DNA of 49,361 bases. Origin: Sphaerotilus sp. (GTDB lineage Bacteria > Pseudomonadota > Gammaproteobacteria > Burkholderiales > Burkholderiaceae_C). Below the pieces are notes generated by a model. It did no database searches. It was given only the letters and a program-made list of their open reading frames with translations, and was not told where the DNA came from. Each line of letters opens with the position of its first letter. Position 1 is the stretch's first letter. Positions 24,772 to 33,356 of the stretch are shown one piece after another. The position numbers were made by a program, and so were the translations under genes. The DNA lies in contig NZ_JBFPGY010000027.1 in NCBI RefSeq assembly GCF_041083715.1, positions 1 through 49,361 of the forward strand. Reading direction: 5' to 3'.

Positions 24772-26082
24772 TCACGCCAGCTCTTCCTTGCGCAGACTCA
24801 CGATCGGCGCCAGCACCGTCGCCAGCGCCTGCATCTGCGCCAGCGCCGCGCGCATCACGCCCTCCTGTGTCTCGTGCGTCAGGATGATGACGTCGGTCTG
24901 GTGCTCGCCGTCGTTGGACTCGCGCTGCAGCACCGCGTCGATCGAGATGTCGGACGCGGCCAGGATCGAGGTGATCGCCGACAGCACGCCCTTCTGGTCC
25001 GCCACGCGCAGGCGCAGGTAGAACGCGGTGCGCACCTGCTCGATCGGCAGGATCGGCGTCGTGTGCAGCTCGTCCGGCTGGAAGGCCAGGTGCGGCACGC
25101 GGTGGTCCGGGTCGGCGGTGTGCAGGCGGGTGATGTCCACCAGATCGGCGATCACGGCCGAGGCGGTCGGCTCGCTGCCGGCGCCCTTGCCGTAGTACAG
25201 CGTCGTGCCCACGGCATCGCCCTGCACCATCACGGCGTTCATCGCGCCCTCGACATTGGCGATCAGGCGCTTGCTCGGCACCAGCGTCGGGTGCACGCGC
25301 AGCTCGATGCCCGCTGCCTGCCGCTTGGCGATGCCCAGCAGCTTGATGCGGTAGCCGAGCTGCTCGGCGTAGCGGATGTCCACGGCGGACAGCTTGGTGA
25401 TGCCTTCCACATGGGCCCTGTCGAACTGCACCGGCACGCCGAACGCGATCGCGCTCATCAGCGTGGCCTTGTGGGCCGCGTCCACGCCTTCGATGTCGAA
25501 GGTGGGATCGGCTTCGGCGTAACCCAGGCGCTGCGCTTCTTTCAGCACCACGTCGAAGTCCAGGCCCTTGTCGCGCATCTCGGACAGGATGAAGTTGGTC
25601 GTGCCGTTGATGATGCCGGCCACCCACTGGATGCTGTTGGCGGTCAGGCCTTCGCGCAGCGCCTTGATGATCGGGATGCCACCGGCGACCGCAGCCTCGA
25701 ACGCGACGATCACGCCCTTTTCGCGGGCGGCTGCGAAGATTTCGGTGCCGTGCACGGCCAGCAACGCCTTGTTGGCGGTGACGACGTGCTTGCCGGCGGC
25801 GATCGCTTCGAGCACCAGGGCCTTGGCGATGCCGTAACCACCGATCAGCTCGATGACGATGTCAATGGCCGGATTGGCGATCACCTGGCGTGCATCGGCC
25901 ACGACAGCCACGCCGTCACCGACGATCTCGCGGGCACGCTCGACGTTCAGGTCCGCCACCATCGTGATCTCGATGCCGCGGCCCGCGCGGCGGCGGATCT
26001 CTTCCTGGTTGCGCTTGAGCACGTTGAACGTGCCGCTGCCGACGGTACCGATGCCCAGCAGGCCGACTTGGATGGGTTTCAT
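24772..26082 (-). CDS. hom: Homoserine dehydrogenase with C-terminal ACT domain
   Basis: GIGTVGSG, VTANKA, EAAVAGGIP, GYAEADP; start at MKPIQVG. Confidence 0.96.
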   Translation of the reverse strand: MKPIQVGLLGIGTVGSGTFNVLKRNQEEIRRRAGRGIEITMVADLNVERAREIVGDGVAVVADARQVIANPAIDIVIELIGGYGIAKALVLEAIAAGKHVVTANKALLAVHGTEIFAAAREKGVIVAFEAAVAGGIPIIKALREGLTANSIQWVAGIINGTTNFILSEMRDKGLDFDVVLKEAQRLGYAEADPTFDIEGVDAAHKATLMSAIAFGVPVQFDRAHVEGITKLSAVDIRYAEQLGYRIKLLGIAKRQAAGIELRVHPTLVPSKRLIANVEGAMNAVMVQGDAVGTTLYYGKGAGSEPTASAVIADLVDITRLHTADPDHRVPHLAFQPDELHTTPILPIEQVRTAFYLRLRVADQKGVLSAITSILAASDISIDAVLQRESNDGEHQTDVIILTHETQEGVMRAALAQMQALATVLAPIVSLRKEELA

Positions 26083-26151
26083 GGCGATTGATCTACGGTC
26101 AAAAATCAGGTCAGAAAACAATGGCGGAGCAGTGCCGGGTAGAAACGCTGC

Positions 26152-27381
26152 TCAGGTGCCGTGACGGCGACGGTAACCGTCGAGGAAGCGGGCGATGCGC
26201 CCGACCGCGTCGGTCAGGTCGTCCGAGTTGGGCAGGAACACGAGGCGGAAATGGTCCGGCGTGGCCCAGTTGAAACCGGTGCCCTGCACGATGAGCACCT
26301 TCTCCTCGGCCAGCAGCTCGTAGGCGAACTGCTGGTCGTCGGCGATCGGGTACATCGTGGGGTCGAGCCGGGGGAACATGTACAGCGCCGCCTTGGGCTT
26401 GACGCAGGTCACGCCCGGAATCTCGGTCAGCAGCTTGTGCGCCAGATCGCGCTGGCGGCACAGCCGGCCGCCGGGCTGCACCAGGTCCTTGATGCTCTGG
26501 TAGCCACCGAGCGCCGTCTGGATCGCGAGCTGTCCCGGCGTGTTCGCGCACAGGCGCATCGAGGCCAGCATGTTCAGCCCTTCGATGTAGTCGCGGGCAT
26601 GGCGCTTGTCGCCCGACACCACCATCCAGCCGGCGCGGTAGCCGCAGGCACGGTAGTTCTTGCTCAGGCCATTGAAGGTCAGGATCAGCACGTCGTCGGC
26701 CAGCGCGGCGATGCTGGTGTGCACATGGCCGTCGTAGAGCGTCTTGTCGTAGATCTCGTCGGCGAAGACGATGAGCTGGTGCTCGCGCGCCACCTGCACG
26801 ATCTCGCGCAGCACGGCGTCCGGGTAGAGCGCACCCGTCGGATTGTTCGGGTTGATGACGACGATGGCCTTGGTGCGCGGCGTGATCTTGGCGCGGATGT
26901 CGGCGATGTCGGGCATCCACTCGGACTGCTCGTCGCAGACGTAGTGCACCGGCTTGCCGCCCGAGAGTGCCACGACCGCCGTGTAGAGCGGGTAGTCCGG
27001 CGACGGGATCAGCACCTCGTCGCCGTCGTCGAGCAGCGCATTCATGCTCATGGCGATCAGCTCGGAAGCGCCGTTACCCAGGTACACGTCATCGACCGTG
27101 ACGCCCCGCACGCCCTTTTCCTGCGTGTAGTGGACGACCGACTTGCGCGGCGCGAACAGGCCCTTGGAATCCGTGTAGCCAGCCGAATGCGGCATGTTGC
27201 GGATCATGTCCTGCACGATCTCGTCCGGCGGCTCCAGCCCGAACACCGCCAGATTGCCGATGTTGAGCTTGATGATCTTGTGGCCTTCTTCCTCCATCTG
27301 GCGGGCCTTTTCCAGCACGGGCCCGCGGATGTCGTAGCACACGTTGGCGAGCTTGCTGGACTTGGCGACGGTCTTGAGCAC
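26152..27381 (-). CDS. alaA: PLP-dependent aminotransferase, AlaA/YfbQ-like
   Basis: YDIRGPV, KLNIGN, INPNNPTG, DEIY, FNGLSKNYR. Confidence 0.88.
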   Translation of the reverse strand: MLKTVAKSSKLANVCYDIRGPVLEKARQMEEEGHKIIKLNIGNLAVFGLEPPDEIVQDMIRNMPHSAGYTDSKGLFAPRKSVVHYTQEKGVRGVTVDDVYLGNGASELIAMSMNALLDDGDEVLIPSPDYPLYTAVVALSGGKPVHYVCDEQSEWMPDIADIRAKITPRTKAIVVINPNNPTGALYPDAVLREIVQVAREHQLIVFADEIYDKTLYDGHVHTSIAALADDVLILTFNGLSKNYRACGYRAGWMVVSGDKRHARDYIEGLNMLASMRLCANTPGQLAIQTALGGYQSIKDLVQPGGRLCRQRDLAHKLLTEIPGVTCVKPKAALYMFPRLDPTMYPIADDQQFAYELLAEEKVLIVQGTGFNWATPDHFRLVFLPNSDDLTDAVGRIARFLDGYRRRHGT

Positions 27382-27487
27382 GAGGGAGATCCTGTTCGAG
27401 TGAGGGAAGACGACAAAAGCTAGAATTTAACGCATCCCGGCCCCATCTCCGGTCCGCCCCCCACTTCCGGCGCCAGCGCCGACCGCC

Positions 27488-27871
27488 GTGAAACTCCAGC
27501 CCGACCGCATCGAAGGCGTCAACGCCATCTTTTCCACGACGCATGACGCCGTATCCGTGAACAACCAGATCGGGCTGCAGCAGTGGCGCAGCAGCGTGAT
27601 CGTGCCGTTCAAGGGCGAGGTGGTGGCATGGGCGTGCAAGCGCCACGAGGACCTGACACGCGAGGACTTCGATGCGCTGCTGGCCTACCAGCCTGAATTG
27701 GTGATCTTCGGCAGTGGGAAGAAGATCCGCTTCGTGCACCCTTCACTGATCCGTACGCTGATCGACGCCCGCATCGGAGTGGAGTGCATGGACACGCTGG
27801 CGGCCTGCCGCACCTACAACGTGCTCGCCAGCGAAAACCGCCGGGTAGTGGCGGCACTGCTGATCGGTTGA
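27488..27871 (+). CDS. Mth938-like (DUF498) domain protein
   Basis: PELVIFGSG, GVECMDTLAACRTYNVLASENRRVVAAL. Confidence 0.9.
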   Translation: MKLQPDRIEGVNAIFSTTHDAVSVNNQIGLQQWRSSVIVPFKGEVVAWACKRHEDLTREDFDALLAYQPELVIFGSGKKIRFVHPSLIRTLIDARIGVECMDTLAACRTYNVLASENRRVVAALLIG

Positions 27872-27932
27872 TCGAAGCTGAGGCCGTACGCGTACCCATC
27901 CCGCCGGATGGCTTCATGCCCTCGACTGGACT

Positions 27933-27938
27933 TATAAT
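27933..27938 (+). promoter_or_regulatory. Probable sigma70 -10 element for bcp
   Basis: Perfect TATAAT in the intergenic region, 45 nt before the ATG. Confidence 0.5.
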
Positions 27939-27983
27939 AGATGGCTTATCCCCGTCAGGGATCCTCAGACTCAAAGAAATTGC

Positions 27984-28460
27984 ATGACGCCCGCTCTCAA
28001 CAAACCTCTTCCGGAACTTGAAGCGAATGCAACCGGCGGCGTGAAATTCACCCCCCAGGCGTTCCTCGGCAAAACCGTGGTGCTGTATTTCTACCCGAAA
28101 GACAACACGCCCGGCTGCACCACTGAAGCCATGCAGTTTCGTGATCACCACAAGGATTTCACGAGCGCTGGCGCCGTGGTGTTCGGTGTATCCCGCGACA
28201 ACATGGCCTCGCACGACAAGTTCAAGCAGAACCTGGAACTGCCCTTCGAGTTGATCGCCGACACCGAAGAAAAGCTCTGCCACATGTTCGGCGTGGTCAA
28301 GAACAAGATCATGTACGGCAAGAAGGTGAAGGGCATCGAGCGCTCGACCTTCCTGATCGACCCTGCAGGTGTGCTGCGCGCCGAATGGCGTGGCATCAAG
28401 GTGGCTGGTCATGTGGAAGAAGTGCTCAAGACCGTCAAGGAGCTGAAGAGCCCCGCCTGA
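27984..28460 (+). CDS. bcp: Peroxiredoxin, BCP/PrxQ family
   Basis: YFYPKDNTPGCTTEA peroxidatic motif, second Cys in KLCHMF, RSTFLID. Confidence 0.92.
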   Translation: MTPALNKPLPELEANATGGVKFTPQAFLGKTVVLYFYPKDNTPGCTTEAMQFRDHHKDFTSAGAVVFGVSRDNMASHDKFKQNLELPFELIADTEEKLCHMFGVVKNKIMYGKKVKGIERSTFLIDPAGVLRAEWRGIKVAGHVEEVLKTVKELKSPA

Positions 28461-28539
28461 GCACCCTTGGCGACACCGGCGGCCTGTGCATAATGGGTTC
28501 ATGCGCGTAAGACATGAACCGCATTCGCCGACCAACGAG

Positions 28540-28574
28540 AAGCCGTACAGCTTGCTGTGCGGCTTTTTCTTTTT
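28540..28574 (+). terminator. Intrinsic terminator or attenuator in the PhoH leader
   Basis: AAGCCGTACAGC-TT-GCTGTGCGGCTT followed by TTTCTTTTT, 18 nt before the PhoH ATG. Confidence 0.75.
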
Positions 28575-28592
28575 CCAGTGACGCCATAGCTC

Positions 28593-30275
28593 ATGCCTCT
28601 GCCCAAACCACCCGCCAAGCGCGGCACCATCCTTGACCCTTCGTCCTTCGATGCCCAGGCCGCACCCAAGCCGGCAAGGCGCACGCTGAAGGCCCCTGCT
28701 GACGAGCCTGCCTCCCTGGAACTGCAGCCACCGCCGCCGCCAGCCGCAGCGCCCCCGGTGGTCAAACCTGCGCCCGTCGCAGCCAAGGTCGCAGCAACGA
28801 CGCTGGCACCAGTGGCGCGCGCCCCCGTGGCGCGACCAACCCCCAAGGCCCCCCGCGCGCGCTCGGCCCGCACCGGTCCGGCCAAGCTGTTCGTGCTCGA
28901 CACGAACGTGCTGATGCACGACCCGATGTCGCTGTTCCGCTTTGAAGAACACGACATCTACCTGCCGATGATCACGCTCGAAGAGCTGGACGGCCACAAG
29001 AAAGGCATGAGCGAAGTCTCGCGCAATGTCCGGCAGGTCAGCCGCGAACTCGACGCGCTCGCCGCCAGCCAGGGCGACTCCTCGAAATTCGATCCTGCTG
29101 CCGGCATTCCGCTGGCCCGCACCGGCCACCGTGATGCGGGTGGCAAGCTGTTCTTCCAGACCACCTTCGTCGATTTCAAGCTGCCCGATGGCCTGCCGCA
29201 AGGCAAGGCAGACAACCAGATCCTCGGCGTTGTGCAAGCCCTGCGGGGACAGCAACCGGAGCGCGAGGTGGTGCTGGTGTCCAAGGACATCAACATGCGC
29301 ATCAAGGCGCGGGCACTGGGCCTGCCTGCCGAAGACTACTTCAACGACAAGACGCTCGAAGACGGTGACCTGCTCTATACCGGTGTCATGGCGCTCCCCG
29401 CAGACTTCTGGGAGCGCCACGGCAAGACCATGGAAAGCTGGCAGCAGGGGGGCTCGACCTTCTACCGCATCAGCGGCCCGCTGGTTCCGTCGCTGATGAT
29501 CAACCAGTTCGTCTACCTGGAGAGTCCGGGCAACGCACCGCTCTATGCCCGCGTCACCGAGATCACCGGCAAGTCGGCGGTGCTGAAGACGCTGAAGGAC
29601 TACACCCACGCCAAGAACGGCGTCTGGGGCGTGGCCGCCCGCAACCGCGAGCAGAACTTCGCACTCAACCTGCTGATGGACCCGGACTGCGACTTCATCA
29701 CGCTGACCGGCACCGCCGGCACCGGCAAGACGCTGATGACACTGGCCGCGGCACTGAGCCAGGTGCTCGACGAGCGGCGTTACACCGAGATCATCGTCAC
29801 CCGCGTGACCGTCCCGGTGGGCGAGGACATCGGCTTCCTCCCCGGCAACGAAGAAGAAAAAATGAGCCCATGGATGGGCGCGCTGGACGACAACCTGGAA
29901 GTGCTGGCCCGTGGCGAGACCGCCGCCGGTGAATGGGGCCGTGCCGCGACCAACGACCTCGTGCGCAGCAAGATCAAGATCAAGAGCCTGAACTTCATGC
30001 GCGGGCGCACCTTCCTGAACAAGATCGTCATCATCGACGAGGCACAGAACCTCACACCCAAGCAGATGAAGACGCTGATCACGCGGGCAGGTCCGGGCAC
30101 CAAGATCATCTGCCTGGGCAACCTGGCGCAGATCGACACGCCTTACCTCACCGAGGGCAGCTCAGGTCTGACCTTTGCCGTAGACCGTTTCAAGGGTTGG
30201 CCGCACGCCGGTCACATCACACTGGCGCGCGGCGAACGCTCCCGCCTGGCTGATTTCGCGTCCGAGGTGCTTTGA
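28593..30275 (+). CDS. PIN-PhoH (PhoH2/YlaK-like) ATPase with N-terminal PIN domain
   Basis: FVLDTNVL PIN motif, EELD, LVSKDINMR; PhoH domain GTAGTGKT, IGFLPG, FMRGRT, IIDEAQN, RSRLA. Confidence 0.92.
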   Translation: MPLPKPPAKRGTILDPSSFDAQAAPKPARRTLKAPADEPASLELQPPPPPAAAPPVVKPAPVAAKVAATTLAPVARAPVARPTPKAPRARSARTGPAKLFVLDTNVLMHDPMSLFRFEEHDIYLPMITLEELDGHKKGMSEVSRNVRQVSRELDALAASQGDSSKFDPAAGIPLARTGHRDAGGKLFFQTTFVDFKLPDGLPQGKADNQILGVVQALRGQQPEREVVLVSKDINMRIKARALGLPAEDYFNDKTLEDGDLLYTGVMALPADFWERHGKTMESWQQGGSTFYRISGPLVPSLMINQFVYLESPGNAPLYARVTEITGKSAVLKTLKDYTHAKNGVWGVAARNREQNFALNLLMDPDCDFITLTGTAGTGKTLMTLAAALSQVLDERRYTEIIVTRVTVPVGEDIGFLPGNEEEKMSPWMGALDDNLEVLARGETAAGEWGRAATNDLVRSKIKIKSLNFMRGRTFLNKIVIIDEAQNLTPKQMKTLITRAGPGTKIICLGNLAQIDTPYLTEGSSGLTFAVDRFKGWPHAGHITLARGERSRLADFASEVL

Positions 30276-30298
30276 GCCCACCCGATTCGCATACCCAC

Positions 30299-30323
30299 AA
30301 AAAGCGCCGCATGGCGCTTTTTT
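30299..30323. terminator. Bidirectional terminator between PhoH and ldcA
   Basis: AAAAAGCGCC-GCAT-GGCGCTTTTTT. Confidence 0.85.
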
Positions 30324-30408
30324 CATTTGCTGCGGCAGCCAGCCTGCTGCGGCACAGCGATGGTGCATCCACACCGAACATCCCGGATGAACGGTGGGGC
30401 TGACCCGC

Positions 30409-31356
30409 TCAGTCTCCCCAGAGCATCAGCACATCGCGGCGCTGCACCACCAGCTCGATCTTCACCCCCACCGGCAGCGTCACCTTGGTCGGCACATGGC
30501 CGAAAGGCAGTCCGGTCAGGATCGGTGTATCGCACACCGAGCGCAGATGCGCCACCATCGCCTTGAGGTTGTAGCCACGGTCCAGCGGCGACTTCTTCCA
30601 GTTGCCGAAGTCGCCCAGCACGATCGCCTTCTGCGCGGCAAGCACACCCGCCTGGTGCAGTTGCAGCAACTGGCGCTCGACGCGGTAGGGGTGTTCGTTG
30701 ACGTCCTCGACGAAGAGCACGCCACCCTTCACCCTGGGCCAGTGCGGCGTGCCGAGCAGCGAACACAGCACCGACAAGTTGCCGCCCCAGAGCGTGCCCT
30801 TCACGTCCAGTCCGTCGAAACCGGCCTCGGTGCGAAAGCCGACCGCTTCCAGCTCGCCCGACATGGCCTCGCGGAAGCAATCTGGCGTGATCTCGTCCAG
30901 ACCACCGTCGGCGTTGCTGCGGCCAAAGTCGTCACAGGCGAGCGGACCGGCCCAGCTCGGCGTCTTCGTGTGGGCGAGCAGGCCCATCTGCAATGCAGTC
31001 TGGTCGCTGTAGCCAACCCAGCGGGTGCCCCGGGCAGTGGCATCCGCCAGCAGTTGCCAGTCGATGCGGTCGAGCAGCCGGGTCAGGCCGTAGCCGCCAC
31101 GCGAAGCCAGCGCGACGGACGGAGCAGCCAGCGCGACACGGTGCAGCGCAGCCAGCCGCAGGTCATCGTCGCCAGCGAAGCGCTGGAACTTCGCGGTGGC
31201 GCTCGCGTCGATCTGCACGTCGAAGCCGAGCACACCAAGCCGCTTGGCGGCAAGTCGGAGGACTGCCGCCTTGGCGATCACCCCGGAAGGACTGTAGATC
31301 GTCAGCGTCGGGGGGACGCTGGCGGTGGAATCGGGGTCGCGCTCAAGGTCGCTCAT
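30409..31356 (-). CDS. ldcA: Muramoyltetrapeptide LD-carboxypeptidase (S66)
   Basis: RGGYG, GYSD catalytic Ser, GGNL, EDVNEHPYRVER, FGH. Confidence 0.92.
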   Translation of the reverse strand: MSDLERDPDSTASVPPTLTIYSPSGVIAKAAVLRLAAKRLGVLGFDVQIDASATAKFQRFAGDDDLRLAALHRVALAAPSVALASRGGYGLTRLLDRIDWQLLADATARGTRWVGYSDQTALQMGLLAHTKTPSWAGPLACDDFGRSNADGGLDEITPDCFREAMSGELEAVGFRTEAGFDGLDVKGTLWGGNLSVLCSLLGTPHWPRVKGGVLFVEDVNEHPYRVERQLLQLHQAGVLAAQKAIVLGDFGNWKKSPLDRGYNLKAMVAHLRSVCDTPILTGLPFGHVPTKVTLPVGVKIELVVQRRDVLMLWGD

Positions 31357-31984
31357 GGTGGCAGTCCAGGTGCAGGTTCAGATCGTCATCGTTCAGCTCG
31401 CTCGCTTCACCGGCAGGAATCGAGGTTGCGGGCGGCTGAACGGCGGGAGATGGTAGCGCAGCCTCCGTGACAGGCTCGCTCTGCTGGCGCGCCATCAGCC
31501 GCTGCGCCTTCTGCTCGGCACGGCGCCGGGCGAAGAACGCGCGCAGCAGGTCGCCGCATGGGTCCGCCAGCACACCGCCCTGGAGCGCCGTGTGGTGGTT
31601 GAGCTGTGGCTGGGCGAACAGATCGACCACCGAACCGGCTGCACCCGTCTTCGGGTCGTAGGCACCGAACACGACCCGCTTGAAGCGCGCATGCAGCAGC
31701 GCCATCGCGCACATCGCGCACGGCTCCAGCGTCACGAACAGCTCGCAATCGGGCAGGCGGTAGTTCTCCAGCAGCGTCGCGGCGTGGCGCAGCGCGACCA
31801 GCTCGGCATGGGCGGTCGGGTCGTGTGTGGTGATCGGGCGGTTGTAGCCGGTGGCGATGACCTGCCCGTCGCGCAGGATCACCGCGCCGACCGGGACTTC
31901 GCCGACCAGGGCGGCGTTGAGCGCCTGGTCGAGTGCGAGGCGCATGGCATGTTCGTCGGCGGGGGAGCAGGGGGTCTCAGGCAT
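31343..31984 (-). CDS. tadA: tRNA adenosine(34) deaminase
   Basis: GEVPVGA, HDPTAHAE, NYRL, EPCAMC, DPKTGA; start is ATG 31984 or GTG 31990. Confidence 0.94.
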   Translation of the reverse strand: MPETPCSPADEHAMRLALDQALNAALVGEVPVGAVILRDGQVIATGYNRPITTHDPTAHAELVALRHAATLLENYRLPDCELFVTLEPCAMCAMALLHARFKRVVFGAYDPKTGAAGSVVDLFAQPQLNHHTALQGGVLADPCGDLLRAFFARRRAEQKAQRLMARQQSEPVTEAALPSPAVQPPATSIPAGEASELNDDDLNLHLDCHHERP

Positions 31985-32006
31985 GGGCACCGATTATGCT
32001 GGCGCG

Positions 32007-33056
32007 ATGTCGCAACCCGCCCCTCCTTGCCCGCCGCACCAGACCGGCCTGTTCGGTGAGGCCCAGCCCGAGACAACAGCCGGTGGCGTGGCCCCACAGC
32101 CGGCCGATGGCACCGTGTGCACCATGGCGCAGACCCTTTCGCCGCGCATCCACCTGGGCACCTCGTCGTGGAGCTTCCCCGGCTGGGCGGGACTGGTCTG
32201 GGCCGGGGCACACACGGAGGCTGCGCTGTCCCGCGAGGGCCTGCGCGCCTACGCCCAGCACCCGCTGCTGCGCACCGTCAGCATCGACCGCAGCTTCTAC
32301 CGCCCGATGACCACCGGACAGTACGCGGTCTATGCAGCACAGGTCCCCGACGACTTCCGCTTCATCGTCAAGGCGCCCGCCCTGGTCACTGACGCCGTGC
32401 TGCGCGCCAGCGACGGCCGCGGCGTGCAGCCCAACCCGGTCTTTCTCGATCCATCGGTGGCGGTCGAACAATTCGTCCAACCGGCGCTGGACGGCCTCGG
32501 TGCGAAGATCGGCGCGCTCGTGTTCGAAATCCCGCCGCTGCCACCCGCGCTGCGGCGCGACATGCCCGCCCTGCTCGCGCGACTCAGGCGCCTGCTCGCC
32601 GCCCTGCCCGCGCTGGCGCCGCAGGCACCGGAGGGGGTGATCGCCGTCGAGGTGCGCGATTCCGACTGGCTGGTGCCGGCGTTCCGTGATGTGCTGCGCG
32701 GGGCTGGCGCCCGCTACTGCCTGGGCCTGCATCCACGTCTGCCACCCATCGCGGCGCAGTTGCCCCTGCTGCGTGCGCTGTGGCCAGGACCGTTCGTCTG
32801 CCGCTGGAGCCTGAACCGCCTGCACGGCGCACAGGGCTACGAGGCCGCCAAGGCAGGCTATGCCCCATTCGACCGGCTGGTCGATCCGGACCCCGCCACA
32901 CGCGAGACGCTGGCCCGCATCATCCGGGGCACGGCGGACGCCGGCTTTTCCGTCTGCGTCTCGGTCAACAACAAGGCCGAGGGCTGCGCGCCGCTGTCGG
33001 TGATCGAGCTGGCGCGGGCCATCGCCGCTGCGCCTGCGCCTGCCCCTCCTGCCTGA
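32007..33056 (+). CDS. DUF72 (YecE-like) domain protein
   Basis: LGTSSWSFPGW, SFYRP, FRFIVKAP, AVEVR, NNKAEGCAP; start chosen so that it does not overlap tadA. Confidence 0.85.
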   Translation: MSQPAPPCPPHQTGLFGEAQPETTAGGVAPQPADGTVCTMAQTLSPRIHLGTSSWSFPGWAGLVWAGAHTEAALSREGLRAYAQHPLLRTVSIDRSFYRPMTTGQYAVYAAQVPDDFRFIVKAPALVTDAVLRASDGRGVQPNPVFLDPSVAVEQFVQPALDGLGAKIGALVFEIPPLPPALRRDMPALLARLRRLLAALPALAPQAPEGVIAVEVRDSDWLVPAFRDVLRGAGARYCLGLHPRLPPIAAQLPLLRALWPGPFVCRWSLNRLHGAQGYEAAKAGYAPFDRLVDPDPATRETLARIIRGTADAGFSVCVSVNNKAEGCAPLSVIELARAIAAAPAPAPPA

Positions 33057-33068
33057 AAAGGAACTTCC

Positions 33069-33326
33069 ATGCGCCACGCCACCACGCACTCCGCCCAGGA
33101 CGACCTCGCTCCGCTGCCCGACATCGCCACCGGCTGCTGGCGGCACTACAAGGGCGGTGAGTACGAAGTCCTCGGCATGGCCCGCCACAGCGAAACGCAG
33201 GAGCCGCTGGTGGTGTACCGGCCGCTCTACAACGCGACAGGAATGTGGGTGCGGCCGTACGCGATGTTCATCGGCGATGTCTGCATCGACGGTGTGGTCC
33301 ACCCACGCTTCCGCCGTGTCGCCTGA
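33069..33326 (+). CDS. DUF1653 domain protein
   Basis: WRHYKGGEYEV, ARHSET, VVYRPLY, WVRPYAMF, PRF. Confidence 0.88.
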   Translation: MRHATTHSAQDDLAPLPDIATGCWRHYKGGEYEVLGMARHSETQEPLVVYRPLYNATGMWVRPYAMFIGDVCIDGVVHPRFRRVA

Positions 33327-33356
33327 AGGGATGGAAGCACGCCGCGCCGCCGCCGG

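Noticed and set aside
28461-28592. Pho box upstream of the PhoH-family gene
   Set aside because: No GTCA(T/C) 11-bp direct repeat seen; the family name does not imply PhoB control.
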